Origin: Chrysomallon squamiferum
Taxonomy: Eukaryota; Animalia; Mollusca
DNA: 64,000 nt
Assembly: GCA_012295275.1 (NCBI GenBank)
Contig: CM022672.1
Location: forward strand, 33,170,001-33,234,000
Direction: 5' to 3'
The position numbers and the translations under genes are program-made. Within the stretch, counting starts at the first letter, position 1. Each line of letters begins with the position of its first letter. The notes beneath the pieces were generated by a model that was not told the DNA's origin, did no database searches, and saw only the letters and a program-made list of their open reading frames with translations. Of this stretch, positions 24,964 to 37,991 are shown piece by piece.

Positions 24964-25655
24964 GCAAATGGGACGAAGAAGCAGACGATGATTTTCCAAG
25001 GCAGAGGAGGTCATCCAGGTCGGATGATTATGATGATTTTCCTAGAAAGAAATGGAATTCTAGATCAGATGATCATGATGATTTTCCCAGAAAGAATTGG
25101 AATTCCAGGTCAGATGGTAATGAGAACTCTCCTAGAAATAAATGGAATTCTAGATCAGATGATTATGATGATTTTCCTAGAAAGAAATGGAATTCTAGAT
25201 CAGATGATAATGATGATTTTCCTAGAAAGAATTGGAATTCCAGGTCAGATGATAATGAGGACTTTCCTAGACAGAAAGGACATTTTAGGTCAAACGATTT
25301 TGAGAACTTCCAGGGAAACAAGTGGAATTCTAGGACAGATGATTATGATGATTTTCCTAGAAAGAAACGAGGTTCCAGAACGGATGATGATTTCAGTGAT
25401 TTTCCAGAGTTTCTAAGAAATACTCAGAATTCAAGAAGAGATGATACCTCTGAATTTGGAAGGAAACAAAGACAGAACCGGAATCCACAAAACAAAAATT
25501 CAGACATCACAAGGACTTCAACAACTGATTATATTCAAGAATCAGAAGACTTTTTTGATGATCATTCAGATGATAAAGATGATGATGAGCAGAGACTGAA
25601 AAAGGAAAATGTTGCACCAGATTGGAGAGAGCTGGTAGAGAAAAGAAGGTCTTGA
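24915..25655 (+). CDS. Putative frameshifted C-terminal extension of PTRH1; D/R/N/S-rich disordered region with 15-aa repeats
   Basis: 246-codon ORF in the -1 frame relative to PTRH1, overlapping its last ~50 nt. It stays open ~250 nt past the repeats and is followed by AATAAA at ~25657. Confidence 0.6.
   Translation: MGWGSGNRKNYANSRMSKWDEEADDDFPRQRRSSRSDDYDDFPRKKWNSRSDDHDDFPRKNWNSRSDGNENSPRNKWNSRSDDYDDFPRKKWNSRSDDNDDFPRKNWNSRSDDNEDFPRQKGHFRSNDFENFQGNKWNSRTDDYDDFPRKKRGSRTDDDFSDFPEFLRNTQNSRRDDTSEFGRKQRQNRNPQNKNSDITRTSTTDYIQESEDFFDDHSDDKDDDEQRLKKENVAPDWRELVEKRRS
24984..25405 (+). repeat. 45-bp coding minisatellite, ~9 copies (DDYDDFPRKKWNSRS)
   Basis: Unit GATGATTATGATGATTTTCCTAGAAAGAAATGGAATTCTAGATCA. 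Copies 2-3 recur almost exactly as copies 5-6 (135-bp higher-order period). Confidence 0.9.
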
Positions 25656-27777
25656 AATAAAAATAAAATTAAAACTAAGCAAGAGACAGACATTTAAATA
25701 ATCTGTAAGTTCTCATTTATAATTCCAGTCTTGAGAATTTTTGTTTTATTTTATTTCTGAAATGTTTTCTTGGTTAGTGAGTTTTTTTATTTTAGTGCAA
25801 GTTTTTCTTAGTTTTTAATTTTCATAATGAAAGATTACTAGGAAGTGACAAATGTTTGGGATAGCATTTTAGAAACAATAATTAATAAAATTATCAAGAT
25901 GAAAATAAATTTAACTGATAAAAATTAACCAAAAATGATATCTGGTATAAAGTAAACATTAAAATAATGATACTAAAAAATTAAAGATCTTTATTAAATT
26001 AAAATAATAACAAGAGGATAATGTAAAAAGAATATTAAAAAAATAATTTAAGATTTCTATAACTTTATGTATTTCAATGTGCAATGCTTCTTTTCACTCA
26101 GTTTCAAAAGTAAAATATTATTTATATCTTTATCCTGTAATTTAACTGTTTTAGAAGTAAAATATTATATAAAGCTTTATCCTGTTTTAGACTGTTTCAG
26201 AAGTGAAATTAATTAGTATTTGTTATTGGGATTAGGATATTTTTATTCAAACAAACATAAATATAACTGGCATGAAGTAAGATAAGCCAAGAAAAGTTAT
26301 TTTTATAGAAAAAATTTGTTATAATTTTTTTTAAAAGTGTTATAAAATATTCATTTTGTTAATAAAATAATTTTCTTTTTTTTTCAGTTTTATTGTTATT
26401 AATATATATGTATATTATTAATTATATTTTATTGAACATGACCATATAATGCTAAAAATTGAAATTCAAAATATATATAGTTTTGTAAATCATTAAAATG
26501 AAAGATAAAAATATTTTATATATCTCAGGGATTGAACTGCAAAAACAGCCACAAGAAAAAAATTTAAATAATAATAATAATAATAATAAAATATTTATAT
26601 AAATAAAAATAAAAAATAAATGTAATTAAAAAAAAAAAAAAATTCAAAGATGAAAATATCAAATATAGGAATTACTGAACAAAATACCAATGTTTTCTGT
26701 TGTTGCAAAACCATATTTTATTTTTTTATTAACAATAATTACTTTCATTACTATTTAAACCATAACAAATAGTAAATATGTTTTCTTTTTCAAAATTTTA
26801 TTTTTGTTAAAGGTTTTTCTTGTTAAACTGTTCTTTTCATCTTCATTTTCACAGAATAACTGTCAACCTTTAAATTTATACTGAAAGATGATATTTGTTT
26901 TATTTTGATGCTTTTTTAATTTTATCAGATTTTATAAAATTGATTTAAATGAATATCATGGAATTTGGAAATTTTTATTTTTATATTTTATAGTTTATAC
27001 CGCTTTTTTTATTTTGTTCTTTAGCAAAAATTAAACATAAAATTTTAAAATGTCATTTGTAACACATCAGTGTATGTTGCTATTGTTTAGAATTTTGTGA
27101 ATCAATACTGTTTGGTTTTTATGTGGTGATTAATATGCTAAATGCTTTGTTATAATAAAATTCTTCATAGAATTGTGAGAATTCAGGGAAGCTATCATCA
27201 TGTAGATAAACTGAATTCACTTTTCTTATTTTTGTATTTATTTATTAATTTTTATTATTTATTTGTTTATTTTTGTTTTTAAACTTTTACGAATTAATAA
27301 ATCATAAACGCTTTTAAGTTCATTTGTATTTTCTATTTAGTTAATTAATTTTTATTTTTTAAACACTGATAGTATTTCACTAGTTAATCTTTGTATGTGC
27401 AATACTGCAAAATAAACAATAACAACTGAATATTTTTGTTTTATTAATTTAGTTATGTTGGATATTTTCTGAACAGAAAATTACATGAAAACACACAATT
27501 TATGATAATCTTTCTGTAGAGTTTTTATATTCTTAAATGACAAGATATTTAAAAAAAACCCCAAAACATCCATTTAATACCACACACACACACACAAATA
27601 CATTTACACACTCATTATATATATATATATATGGATATATTATGTGTGTGTGTGTGTGAGATATGTATGTTTGTAGTATGTTTGTTTTTACATATATTAC
27701 ATAATCATGTAGTTATAAAAAGGTAAAATATTAAATGCAAGTCTGATAGCAGTTATGAACACAATTTATTATTATTA

Positions 27778-27815
<38 letters not shown>

Positions 27816-28645
27816 CCAGAGAAAATATAATTTTTATTAAACCACAGTGTTTTCAGTTTTGATAAATTGTAATGTTCATAACAGATTAATCTGCAGTCAT
27901 ATTACTGCATATATAGCAATGATCCTGCAAAAAAGAAGAAAAAAGATATATATATACTTATGTGTGTATATTTCCAATTTTATTCAATAAGATATTTATT
28001 AAGTAATTATGGCATGTGCCTTAGACATAATTCATCACAAAATTTACTTACTGTATCAAATGAATAACATCCCATTCTAACCAAATACTACTTTAAATGC
28101 ATAGATTATTTTTATTCTGTTTATGGGAAGGAAGACTGCATTCTGCTGTTAATGAGAGTGTCTTATAGCAATATAATGTCTTCATAATTATTTATAGAAA
28201 GAAAATAAAAATGACACAATGTGTTAATATAAAAATATCAATATCATTAATATTACAAAAATAATTTCAGTTACGACTTATTTTATCAGTTCCAGATTTT
28301 GTTATTTAGTTGGAACAAAGAATAATAATAATAATAATAAAAACAAAAAAATAATAAATAAAGAAAAAACAAATTAAATAATAATAATAATAATAATAAT
28401 AATTTGTTATTAACTATTACAAATAAGAAATAGCAGTGCTACAAGGTTTCAAATAAATAATATGTGTAATAATGCAAAGAGTAAAACAGCATTTAAATAA
28501 AATAATAATAAAATAATAAATAAAGAACCAGACAAAAATGAAAAGATTGTGAAAGTTTTAATTTCAATAATTTGATTACTGTAACGAAAATAAAAGTGTT
28601 TTGTGTGTTCAAACTGATTAATAAAAATCAAGCCTTAAAAATATT

Positions 28646-28676
<31 letters not shown>

Positions 28677-29529
28677 TAGTAATGTCACAATAAACAACAA
28701 CAATGAAGATCAAATGAATAACTTTGCTGAATAATTTGAACACATTTATAATGCTGTAGGTAAATATTGAAAATAACTGTGATGTTGTCATTTTTATTTC
28801 TGAACATTGAAGAAAAATAAATAACGGAATAATATAGGTTTTATTAATTAAGAAATGAATATGACAGGCTGAATTTTCAGAAAATGAAAAATACTCACAA
28901 ATATTTGCAGTAGTAGTGAAAATTAAAAATCTGTAGTTATTTGGATAAGTAATAATATGCATGTAATAATAAGTAATGATATATATAAAATGAAAAAAGC
29001 TCTTGACTGTAATTGTTTTGTCTGTATTATTATGTGTAGCCTAAAGTTCAAATGAGCCAATTTGGACACTGTACTAAAAAAAATCCCAGAACACCTGTGA
29101 GTTCAAACCTCATCAGAGGAGTTTGGTCATACATTTCTGATAATTTATTTATTTATTTTTTTTTTTATATTTTTTAATTGCAGATGGTTTTTAAATGTCT
29201 GATGTGAATTGATGCAGTGATTTTTGTAAGAAATATCAGTCTAGTTGTGGTAAAAATCAGGGTGGGACTCAATGTGCTTTCTGCCCATAGGCTAAAGAAA
29301 TTTTACCACCCCTTCCTCAAGTCTCAAGTCTCCTTCGTTCTTCCCACTTAAGTTTATATAACACAAAAGGTTATAATGTAAGATCTAGTTGAAAGCAAGA
29401 ACATGGTTTTACATTTACATAATGATTTATTTTTCTCCCTACAGAAGGACTGAATTGGATAGATGGTGTGAAATGTAACAAATTAATTTATGTTTAAAAT
29501 CTATTATTATTTTTACTTTACAGTATGTT

Positions 29530-30120
29530 GTGTTCATTCTTTAAATTAATAACAGAATTAATTCAATTGTTAATTATTAGATTTCAGTTTAAAATCTGAC
29601 ATTTCTTTATTATTTTTGTTTTTTGTAAATATTGTTTTCATTCTTTAAAATAATGACAAAATTAATTCAGTTTTTAATTATTAGATTTCAGTTAAAAATC
29701 TGTCATATCTTTTTTATTTTTGTTTTCATTCGTTAAATTAATAACAGAATTAATTCAATTGTTTATTATCAGTCAAAAATGTGTCATATCTTTATTATAT
29801 TTTATTTATTTTCTTTAAATTAATAATATAATTAATTCAGTTTTTAATTATTATATTTCAGTTAAAAACCTTTCATATATTTAATATTTTTGTTTTACAA
29901 CATTGTGAATTCAGAATGTGTGTTAATTCTTTGAACTGACAATAGAATTAATTCAGTTCTTAATTATTAGATTTCAGTTAAAAATCTGTCATATTTTTGT
30001 TTTATAATATTTTGTGTTCAGAATGTGTGTTAATTCTTTGAACTGACAACAGAATTAATTCAGTTGTTGATTATTAGAGACAAAAGGAATAATTCAGTTG
30101 TTGATTATTAGAGACAAAGG
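29530..30120. repeat. Degenerate AT-rich minisatellite (~80-90 bp unit) between PTRH1 and CFAP157
   Basis: Recurrent ttaattcagtt...aattattagatttcagttaaaaatctgtcatat. Confidence 0.8.
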
Positions 30121-31388
30121 ATAACATCGTCTTTGGTAGACATTTTTAAAACAAAAACAAGACAAGCAGACTGAGCAATATTTTTAAATAAATATATTTT
30201 GAAATTCTATAAAACACACCATTTTCTGTTCACAAAGAAAGAATTGAGATAAAATAAAATAAAATATTAATATAAAAACAATTTAAAAACCATTTCATCC
30301 ACAAATTCTGAAGTCATTACACATCAGACGACAAGCCACACCCACCTCCACACCCACACCCACACCCCACCCACTCACAAACTCACCCATTAAAATACTG
30401 TTATATTTAAAAACAAAACAAAATTAAAAAGATATAATATTAAATTGTTTATTGTAAAACATATATTTGTTTGCAGAATTGCCTGAAGAGGCCTCTTAAA
30501 GTTCAAAATTTTTATAGGCCTCTACATCAAAATACATTGTATGCCTATGATATGATGAGACACACCTAGAAATATCATCCCTCTGTCTTATGCTCATTTT
30601 CCAACTATCTGCTGGTTATTAAGACATAAAAATAAATATGTTGGTAATTGTAACAGTGAATCTGTTTATAATAATGTACCTTCAAAATATTACCTTCAAA
30701 ATGGAATAAAATAAAATAAAAATATGAATGACTATGTAACATATTCGTGACAGTTAATTTTATATTTCAGATAAATCTGTTAATTAATATGACTTTTCAT
30801 CTATCTGAATGTATTTTAGCAATTTTTAAAATTCATTGATTATCTATGTTAATCTGTGTTTGCTAAGATGTTGAAAAATATTCTTTATTATTGTTATTAT
30901 CATTATTCTTTTTTATTAATTTAAAAAAAAAAATTAATTTAACTTTTTATTCATTTATATTTTATGTTGCCTGAGCTTGGTTGCACAGTTATCAGTATCA
31001 CATTTTAAATTTCAAGCACAGAAAAAAAAAAAAAAAAAAAAAAATAAATAAATAAAAAAAAGGAAAACAATTTTTCAAATTCAGATGAATCAATTTTATA
31101 TATGCTGATATTAAAAAAAAAAAAAAAAAAATTATTTACTCACTGCAGTTAAAACAAAAACCATCATCTTACTAAACTAATAATTAAAAAAAAAAAAAAC
31201 AACAACAACTAAAATAAATAAATAAATAAATAAATAAATAAAGTGTCCAAATAGCTGAAACAAGTGCTAAGAGCTGAGAGCGTGTTTGAATTATGACTGT
31301 TCGTGAAACTGAGACAGCATTCAAGATGGACGACAACTGATGTAGTGGTGTTTACACCGAGAAAAAGAAAAATGCTTGAGTGTTTTTT

Positions 31389-31653
31389 TCAGAAAACTTT
31401 ACTGGCTAATGTCTTCTGGGTGACCAGTGGGTTCAGGGGGGTCTGTATTCTCGCTTTGATTGTTGGGCTGATTTCCTGAACTGTTACAGTCTTCCCCGTG
31501 GAGTTGGGTAGGTTACTCAGCAGCTGGTCTGCATAAAACATTGCCTGGATGATGAGAAAAATAATAGTAATAATGATAATAGTAATAGTAGTAATAATAA
31601 TAGTAATAATAGTAATAATAATAATAATAATAGTAATAATAATAATAATAATA

Positions 31654-31749
<96 letters not shown>

Positions 31750-31806
31750 TAATAATAATAATAATAATATGTGTAATAATAATAATAATGATAATAGTAA
31801 TAATAA

Positions 31807-31846
<40 letters not shown>

Positions 31847-32038
31847 GTAAGAGTAATAATAATAGTAGTAGTAATAATAATAATAGTAATAGTAAATAAT
31901 AATACTAATACTGATAATAATAATAATAATAGTATTAATGATAATAGTAATAGTAAGAGTAATAATAATAATAGCAGTAGTAGTAATAATAATAATAATA
32001 ATAATAGTGCTGATAATGATACTGATAATAATAATAAC

Positions 32039-32070
<32 letters not shown>

Positions 32071-33247
32071 TAATAAAGAGTAATAAAAATAATTATAATA
32101 AATAATAATAATAAATAACATGTAAACATAGGCAGATATATACACTATATGATACACAGAAAAGATGCACACACACATATACACACTAATACACACACAC
32201 ATATACACACTAATACACATACACATATACACATATACACTAATACACATTATAATACACATTAATATATTAAACATACACAAACAAGCAGTCATACACA
32301 CACATACACTATGATATAAAACATACAAACCTATATATATAGTCACACACACACACATCTCATCAAACACCCCTACAAACACACACAAGCAGTCATACAC
32401 ACATACACTGAATATGATAAAAAACATACATACCCCTACATATACACAGACAAACACACACTATTCACACAAACACCTCTACATACACATGACACACAAA
32501 CACCCATACCCTACAGACACACACACACACACACACAGAGACACACACACACACAGACAGACAGACAGACACACACACACACACACAGAGTACACACTAC
32601 TCATCACATACCTTTGGAGCACTGAGGGTCTGAATGCCGACAGATCTCGTGAGAACTTTGCGAAGAGTTCCGAGACGTGTTGTGGCTGAAAGCGCGTTTG
32701 TCTTGTCGATGTTGGTGGGGATGTGATGGCGTGGCCGAGGGATGAGGCCCAGGTCACCCATCGTGTAGTGGGGCAGAGTCCCACCCGTCCGAGCTATCGG
32801 TGACAGAGGCATTTGTCTAGAAAAACAAATACAGCAACAGTAATTTTAGAATTCACATTTTAATAGTAGTAATTGTCATTTTGAGTAACTGATGTTAAAT
32901 ACAAAAACATCTAAAATGTAGTTTTATATCAATCAATAATAATGCAGTTACAACAGAAATGTATGAGTGTGTTTGTCTGTCTGTGTGTATGTGTTTTTGA
33001 GATGAGTGTATGTATGTGTTTATTTCAGATCAGATGTATGTACATTTGTGTGTTAAAGGGGTATCTATATATTTATATATGTGTATCTGTTTCAGATGAA
33101 TGTACATATGAATGTATGTTTGTATGTATAATTGTATGTATGTATGTATGTTTGCCTTTGTATGTATGAGATATATATCTGTATGTATGCATATGCATGT
33201 GTATGTGTAAGTAAAATTCTAAAAACAAACCTTTTTATCCCTAATGT

Positions 33248-33325
<78 letters not shown>

Positions 33326-34777
33326 TGTTAAAGAGACAAATCAGGGTTTGCCTGACACGCCCACTCACCCTCGCTGAATTCCCTTCCCACTGCCCGGAAT
33401 CTTGCTAGGGCTGCGGATGCTTCGTTCCTCAAACTGCTTGCCCAGCTCTGCGGGGCAGGGACCAACGCCAACCGCAGCGGCGCTGTTGAGCAGAACCAGT
33501 AAATACTCCAACATCTGATCATGTCGCTCAATATCATTCATCTGTTCTTCATCATCATCTGATTCAGTTTTCTGATTTTATAATAATAATAATAATAATA
33601 AAAATAATAGTAATAGTAATAGTAATAGTAATAATAATAATAATAATGATTGGTCGAAATAATAGTAATAGTAATAATAATAATAATAGTAATAATAATA
33701 ATAATAATAGTAATAATACTAGTAATAATAATAGTAATAACAGTAACACCACTGATAATAATGATAATAATAATAACAATAATAATAATAATAATAATAA
33801 AATAAATAATAGTAATAATAACAACAAAACAACAATAATAATAATAATAATAATAAATAATAATAGTAGTAGTAATAATAATAATATTAATAATATAATA
33901 GTAGTAATAAAAATAATAATATTGATATAATAATAATAATAGAAATAGTAGTAATAAAAAATAACAACAACAACAACAACAATAATAATAATAATAATAA
34001 CAATAACAGTAACAGTAGTAGTAGTAGTAGTAACAGTAATAATAATAGTAGTAATAATAATAATACAAAAAGAGTAGCAACATTGGTAGTAGTGGTAGTA
34101 GTATTATAAAATAATAATAATAATAATAACAGTTAATAATATTAATTGCAACAATGTCAATAACAATAACAATAATAGCAATCATATCAGTGAAAACAAC
34201 AATAGCAAACAGTGATAATAATAAAACAACAATAATAAAAATTAATAATGAAAATGAGGAGATTAACCAACATCAACAAGAAAAGCAAAAACCGACAACA
34301 AAACAGAATAATAATCGCAATATCGCAGAAACATATTTGAAGATAGTTATAGCAGTATCAGTAGCAGTGACAGAAATATTACTGGAACTAATGCTACTAG
34401 TGCTGTAGTACTAATGATAAACATAATAATATCAGAATTTTTAAACATCATACTCTCATTTAACCATATTTGATGAAATTTAAGAGATATTAAGGAATCC
34501 AGGTTTGATGAGATTCAAATCTCGTGTGAAAATAAACTGAGATTTTTATTTTTATTAAATTTCGTCTTCTTACCCTCAGTGCTTGTTTGATGGCGTTTGA
34601 GGCATCAGCCAGGACTTGTTCTATTTTTGTTTTTTCATTCCTGGCTTCCTGCAGCTTCTGAGAGATCTGTAGAAGTTTCTCCTCCAGACTGTCTCTCAGT
34701 TCTGTTAGGTGCTGGTTGTCAGCTCTGAAAATAAACACTTCTGTATGTAAAACCTGTGTGTGTGTGTGTCTGTGTGT

Positions 34778-34821
<44 letters not shown>

Positions 34822-35542
34822 ATTTTATTGACCATTTATGGAAGAACTATTTGAAGAATTATCATCATCATCATTCTTGTTATTGTTATTTTTATTATTA
34901 TTATACTAAACTATATTAATTTTTAAAAAATGATGAAACAGATATATTTTTTCACATCCTTCTTTATCAAATACATTTTGTCAAATACATTTTTGAATAT
35001 GTATGCATATACACATACACAAACAGTATGTGTGTGTGTATATTTTTTGTATGTTTGTATATCTGTGTGTTTAAATGTGTGAGTGTGTGTGTGTCTGTGT
35101 GTCTGTCTGTGTTGTGTGTATGTACATTTGTAGGTGAGTTTGTGTGTGAATATCATCACTTGGAAGACTGATTGCTGTTTAGGAAGATCAGATTCTGTCT
35201 CTAAGACCTCTGGGTGTGTGTGTGTCTGTGTGTGTGTCTGTGTGCATGCAGCGTGCTTATGGGTATGTGTGTTTCTGTGAGTACTCACCTGGTAGACTCT
35301 ACTTGTTGTCTCAGAAGATCAGATTCTGTCTCTAAGTCCTGGTATTCTCCTTCTCTCAATTCAAACTCTGCTATCATCGCTTCCTGGTTTCTGCACTTCT
35401 CTGTCAGCATTTTTATTATCTGTGCCAAACATTCACTTTATTTAGAGCTCAGTCAATAAACAGACAAACAGCCACACAGATAGATAAATGAAATAACTAA
35501 ATAAATAAATAAACTAAAAACACTTATATAAAAGAGAGAGAG

Positions 35543-35599
<57 letters not shown>

Positions 35600-35625
35600 A
35601 TACTAATTATAACTTTTCAATAATA

Positions 35626-35657
<32 letters not shown>

Positions 35658-35684
35658 TAACAACAATAATATAATAATAGTAAC

Positions 35685-35757
<73 letters not shown>

Positions 35758-36338
35758 TCACAGCTGTAATAATAACAACAACAGTAACCACAACATCATA
35801 ACAATATTAAAACTCAACAGATGTAAATTCATTTAAAATCAGCTTCAGGTTTAAAACAAACAGTATCCCAACCTTCTGGTTGCTGTGGTTCTTCTTCACG
35901 AGATCTTTCTCGTTGGTTTCCAGCAGTTCAATCTGCTGTCTCTGTTTCTTCTCCTTCTGCTTGAGCTCGTCATTCTCCTGAATCAGCTCCATTGTCTTGT
36001 CTGACATTTTTGCCAGCTGAGCGTTGATTGAGACATTTTCGCGGATTGTTCGTTTTGTTGTTTCGGCCATTTGTTTGTTGGAGACTTTGCGAAACTCAGC
36101 TGCAACCTGGTTTACCCTCAGAATCATCTCCTTTTTTAATCTGCCATCATAAGAGTAGTAGTAGTTGTAGTTGTAGTTGTAGTTGTAGAATAGTAGTAGT
36201 AGAAGTAGTAATAAAAATAATAATGGTAGTAGTAGTAGTAGTAGTAGAAGTAGAAGTAGTAATAAAAATAGTATAATAGTAGTAGTAGTAGTAGTAGTAG
36301 TAGAAGTAGTAGTAGTAGTAGTAGTAGAAGTAGTAGTA

Positions 36339-36372
<34 letters not shown>

Positions 36373-36481
36373 AAGTAGTAGTAGTAGAAGTAGTAGTAGT
36401 AATAATAATAATAATGGTAGTAGTAGTAGTAGTTGTAGCAGAAGTAGTAGTAGTAGTAGAAGTAGTAGTATAATAATAGTA

Positions 36482-36518
<37 letters not shown>

Positions 36519-36588
36519 CAACAATAAATAATAATAAATAATAACACTAATAATAATATATATAATAATAACAGTAATAATTATAAGA

Positions 36589-36630
<42 letters not shown>

Positions 36631-37326
36631 TAATTTAAACTGATTTTAATAACCAATAATAATAATAAAAAATATGGTTAAAAATCATCATTGTCCACAA
36701 AAACAGTTTTTTATAAACACACACACAAACTGGATTCACACTGACAGGCATATATATATATATTGTCAATGACAGCTTTTCTCTCCAGATTGAGAGAGAT
36801 AAATTCTTTAAACTGTTTTAAGAAAATATGGTTAATACATGAACAGTTTGTAAACCTGGATTCTGAGGACCTATCCTTTGTCAATGAACTTTTCCTCCAG
36901 ATTGTAGATATATTCTTTTGTTTTTTCCTAGAAAAAAACAAATCCTCCATATTTATTAAATATGGCCATCAGTTTCCTCCTTGAAAAAAAAAAAAAAAAA
37001 ATTGAATTTATTAATATATAATGTAAGTTTGCTACCTAAAAAAAAAAAGAAAAAAAAACAATATATTTATTAATATATAATGTAAGTTTCTTTCCTGGAA
37101 AAAAAAAAAAAAAAATATTTATTTGTTAATATATATGATGTAAGTTTGCTACCTTGAAAAATAAATATATTTATTTGTTAATATATATGATGTAAGTTTG
37201 CTACCTTGAAAAATAAATATATTTATTTGTTACTACAAGATTGCTATCTTGAAAAAATAAAATTATTTGTTAATATAAATAACTTCTGTTGGAAACTTGC
37301 TAGCAATGTGTCTTTGAATTTAGATC

Positions 37327-37377
<51 letters not shown>

Positions 37378-37788
37378 AAAAATATATATACATATTAGTG
37401 CTTTTTATTACATTTTGTTTCCTTGTTTATAAATATTCATATTTATCTACCATATAGTTTGTATTATTTTTTATAAACATGTGGGTGCAATTCCATTTGT
37501 CTCTGTGTATGTTCGTGTGTCAATGTTTATAATGTATATACACAAGTGTGTTTGTGTGTGTGTGTGTGTGTGTATGTGTGTGTCTGTATGTTGTGTGTAT
37601 ATTTTTGTTTGAGTTTTCATGTGTGTACACGGAAATCAAAATAAAATCTATTAGAATAAATACCATTAATTAAGTTTTATTATTGAAACCAAATATTCTA
37701 TCAATATATATATAAATTACTAGGTTATCTGCATTGTTAAACTTGCATTTATAGCTATCAATTAACACATATCTATTAATTAATATAC

Positions 37789-37821
<33 letters not shown>

Positions 37822-37925
37822 TATATACATATATATATACACACACACACACGCACGCACATATATACACATATATATATATATATACATACATACATAC
37901 ATACATACATACATACATACATACA

Positions 37926-37991
<66 letters not shown>

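Noticed and set aside
24988-25416. Alternate-frame 142-aa ORF (MIMMIFLERNGILDQ repeats)
   Set aside because: Shadow frame of the 45-bp repeat; it ends where the repeat ends.
31513-36656. Long ORFs of poly-Y/I/L/N/T and VC/TH repeats (e.g. 314, 246, 215 aa)
   Set aside because: Products of (AAT)n, (TAG)n and (CA)n microsatellites; only the embedded CFAP157 exons are real.
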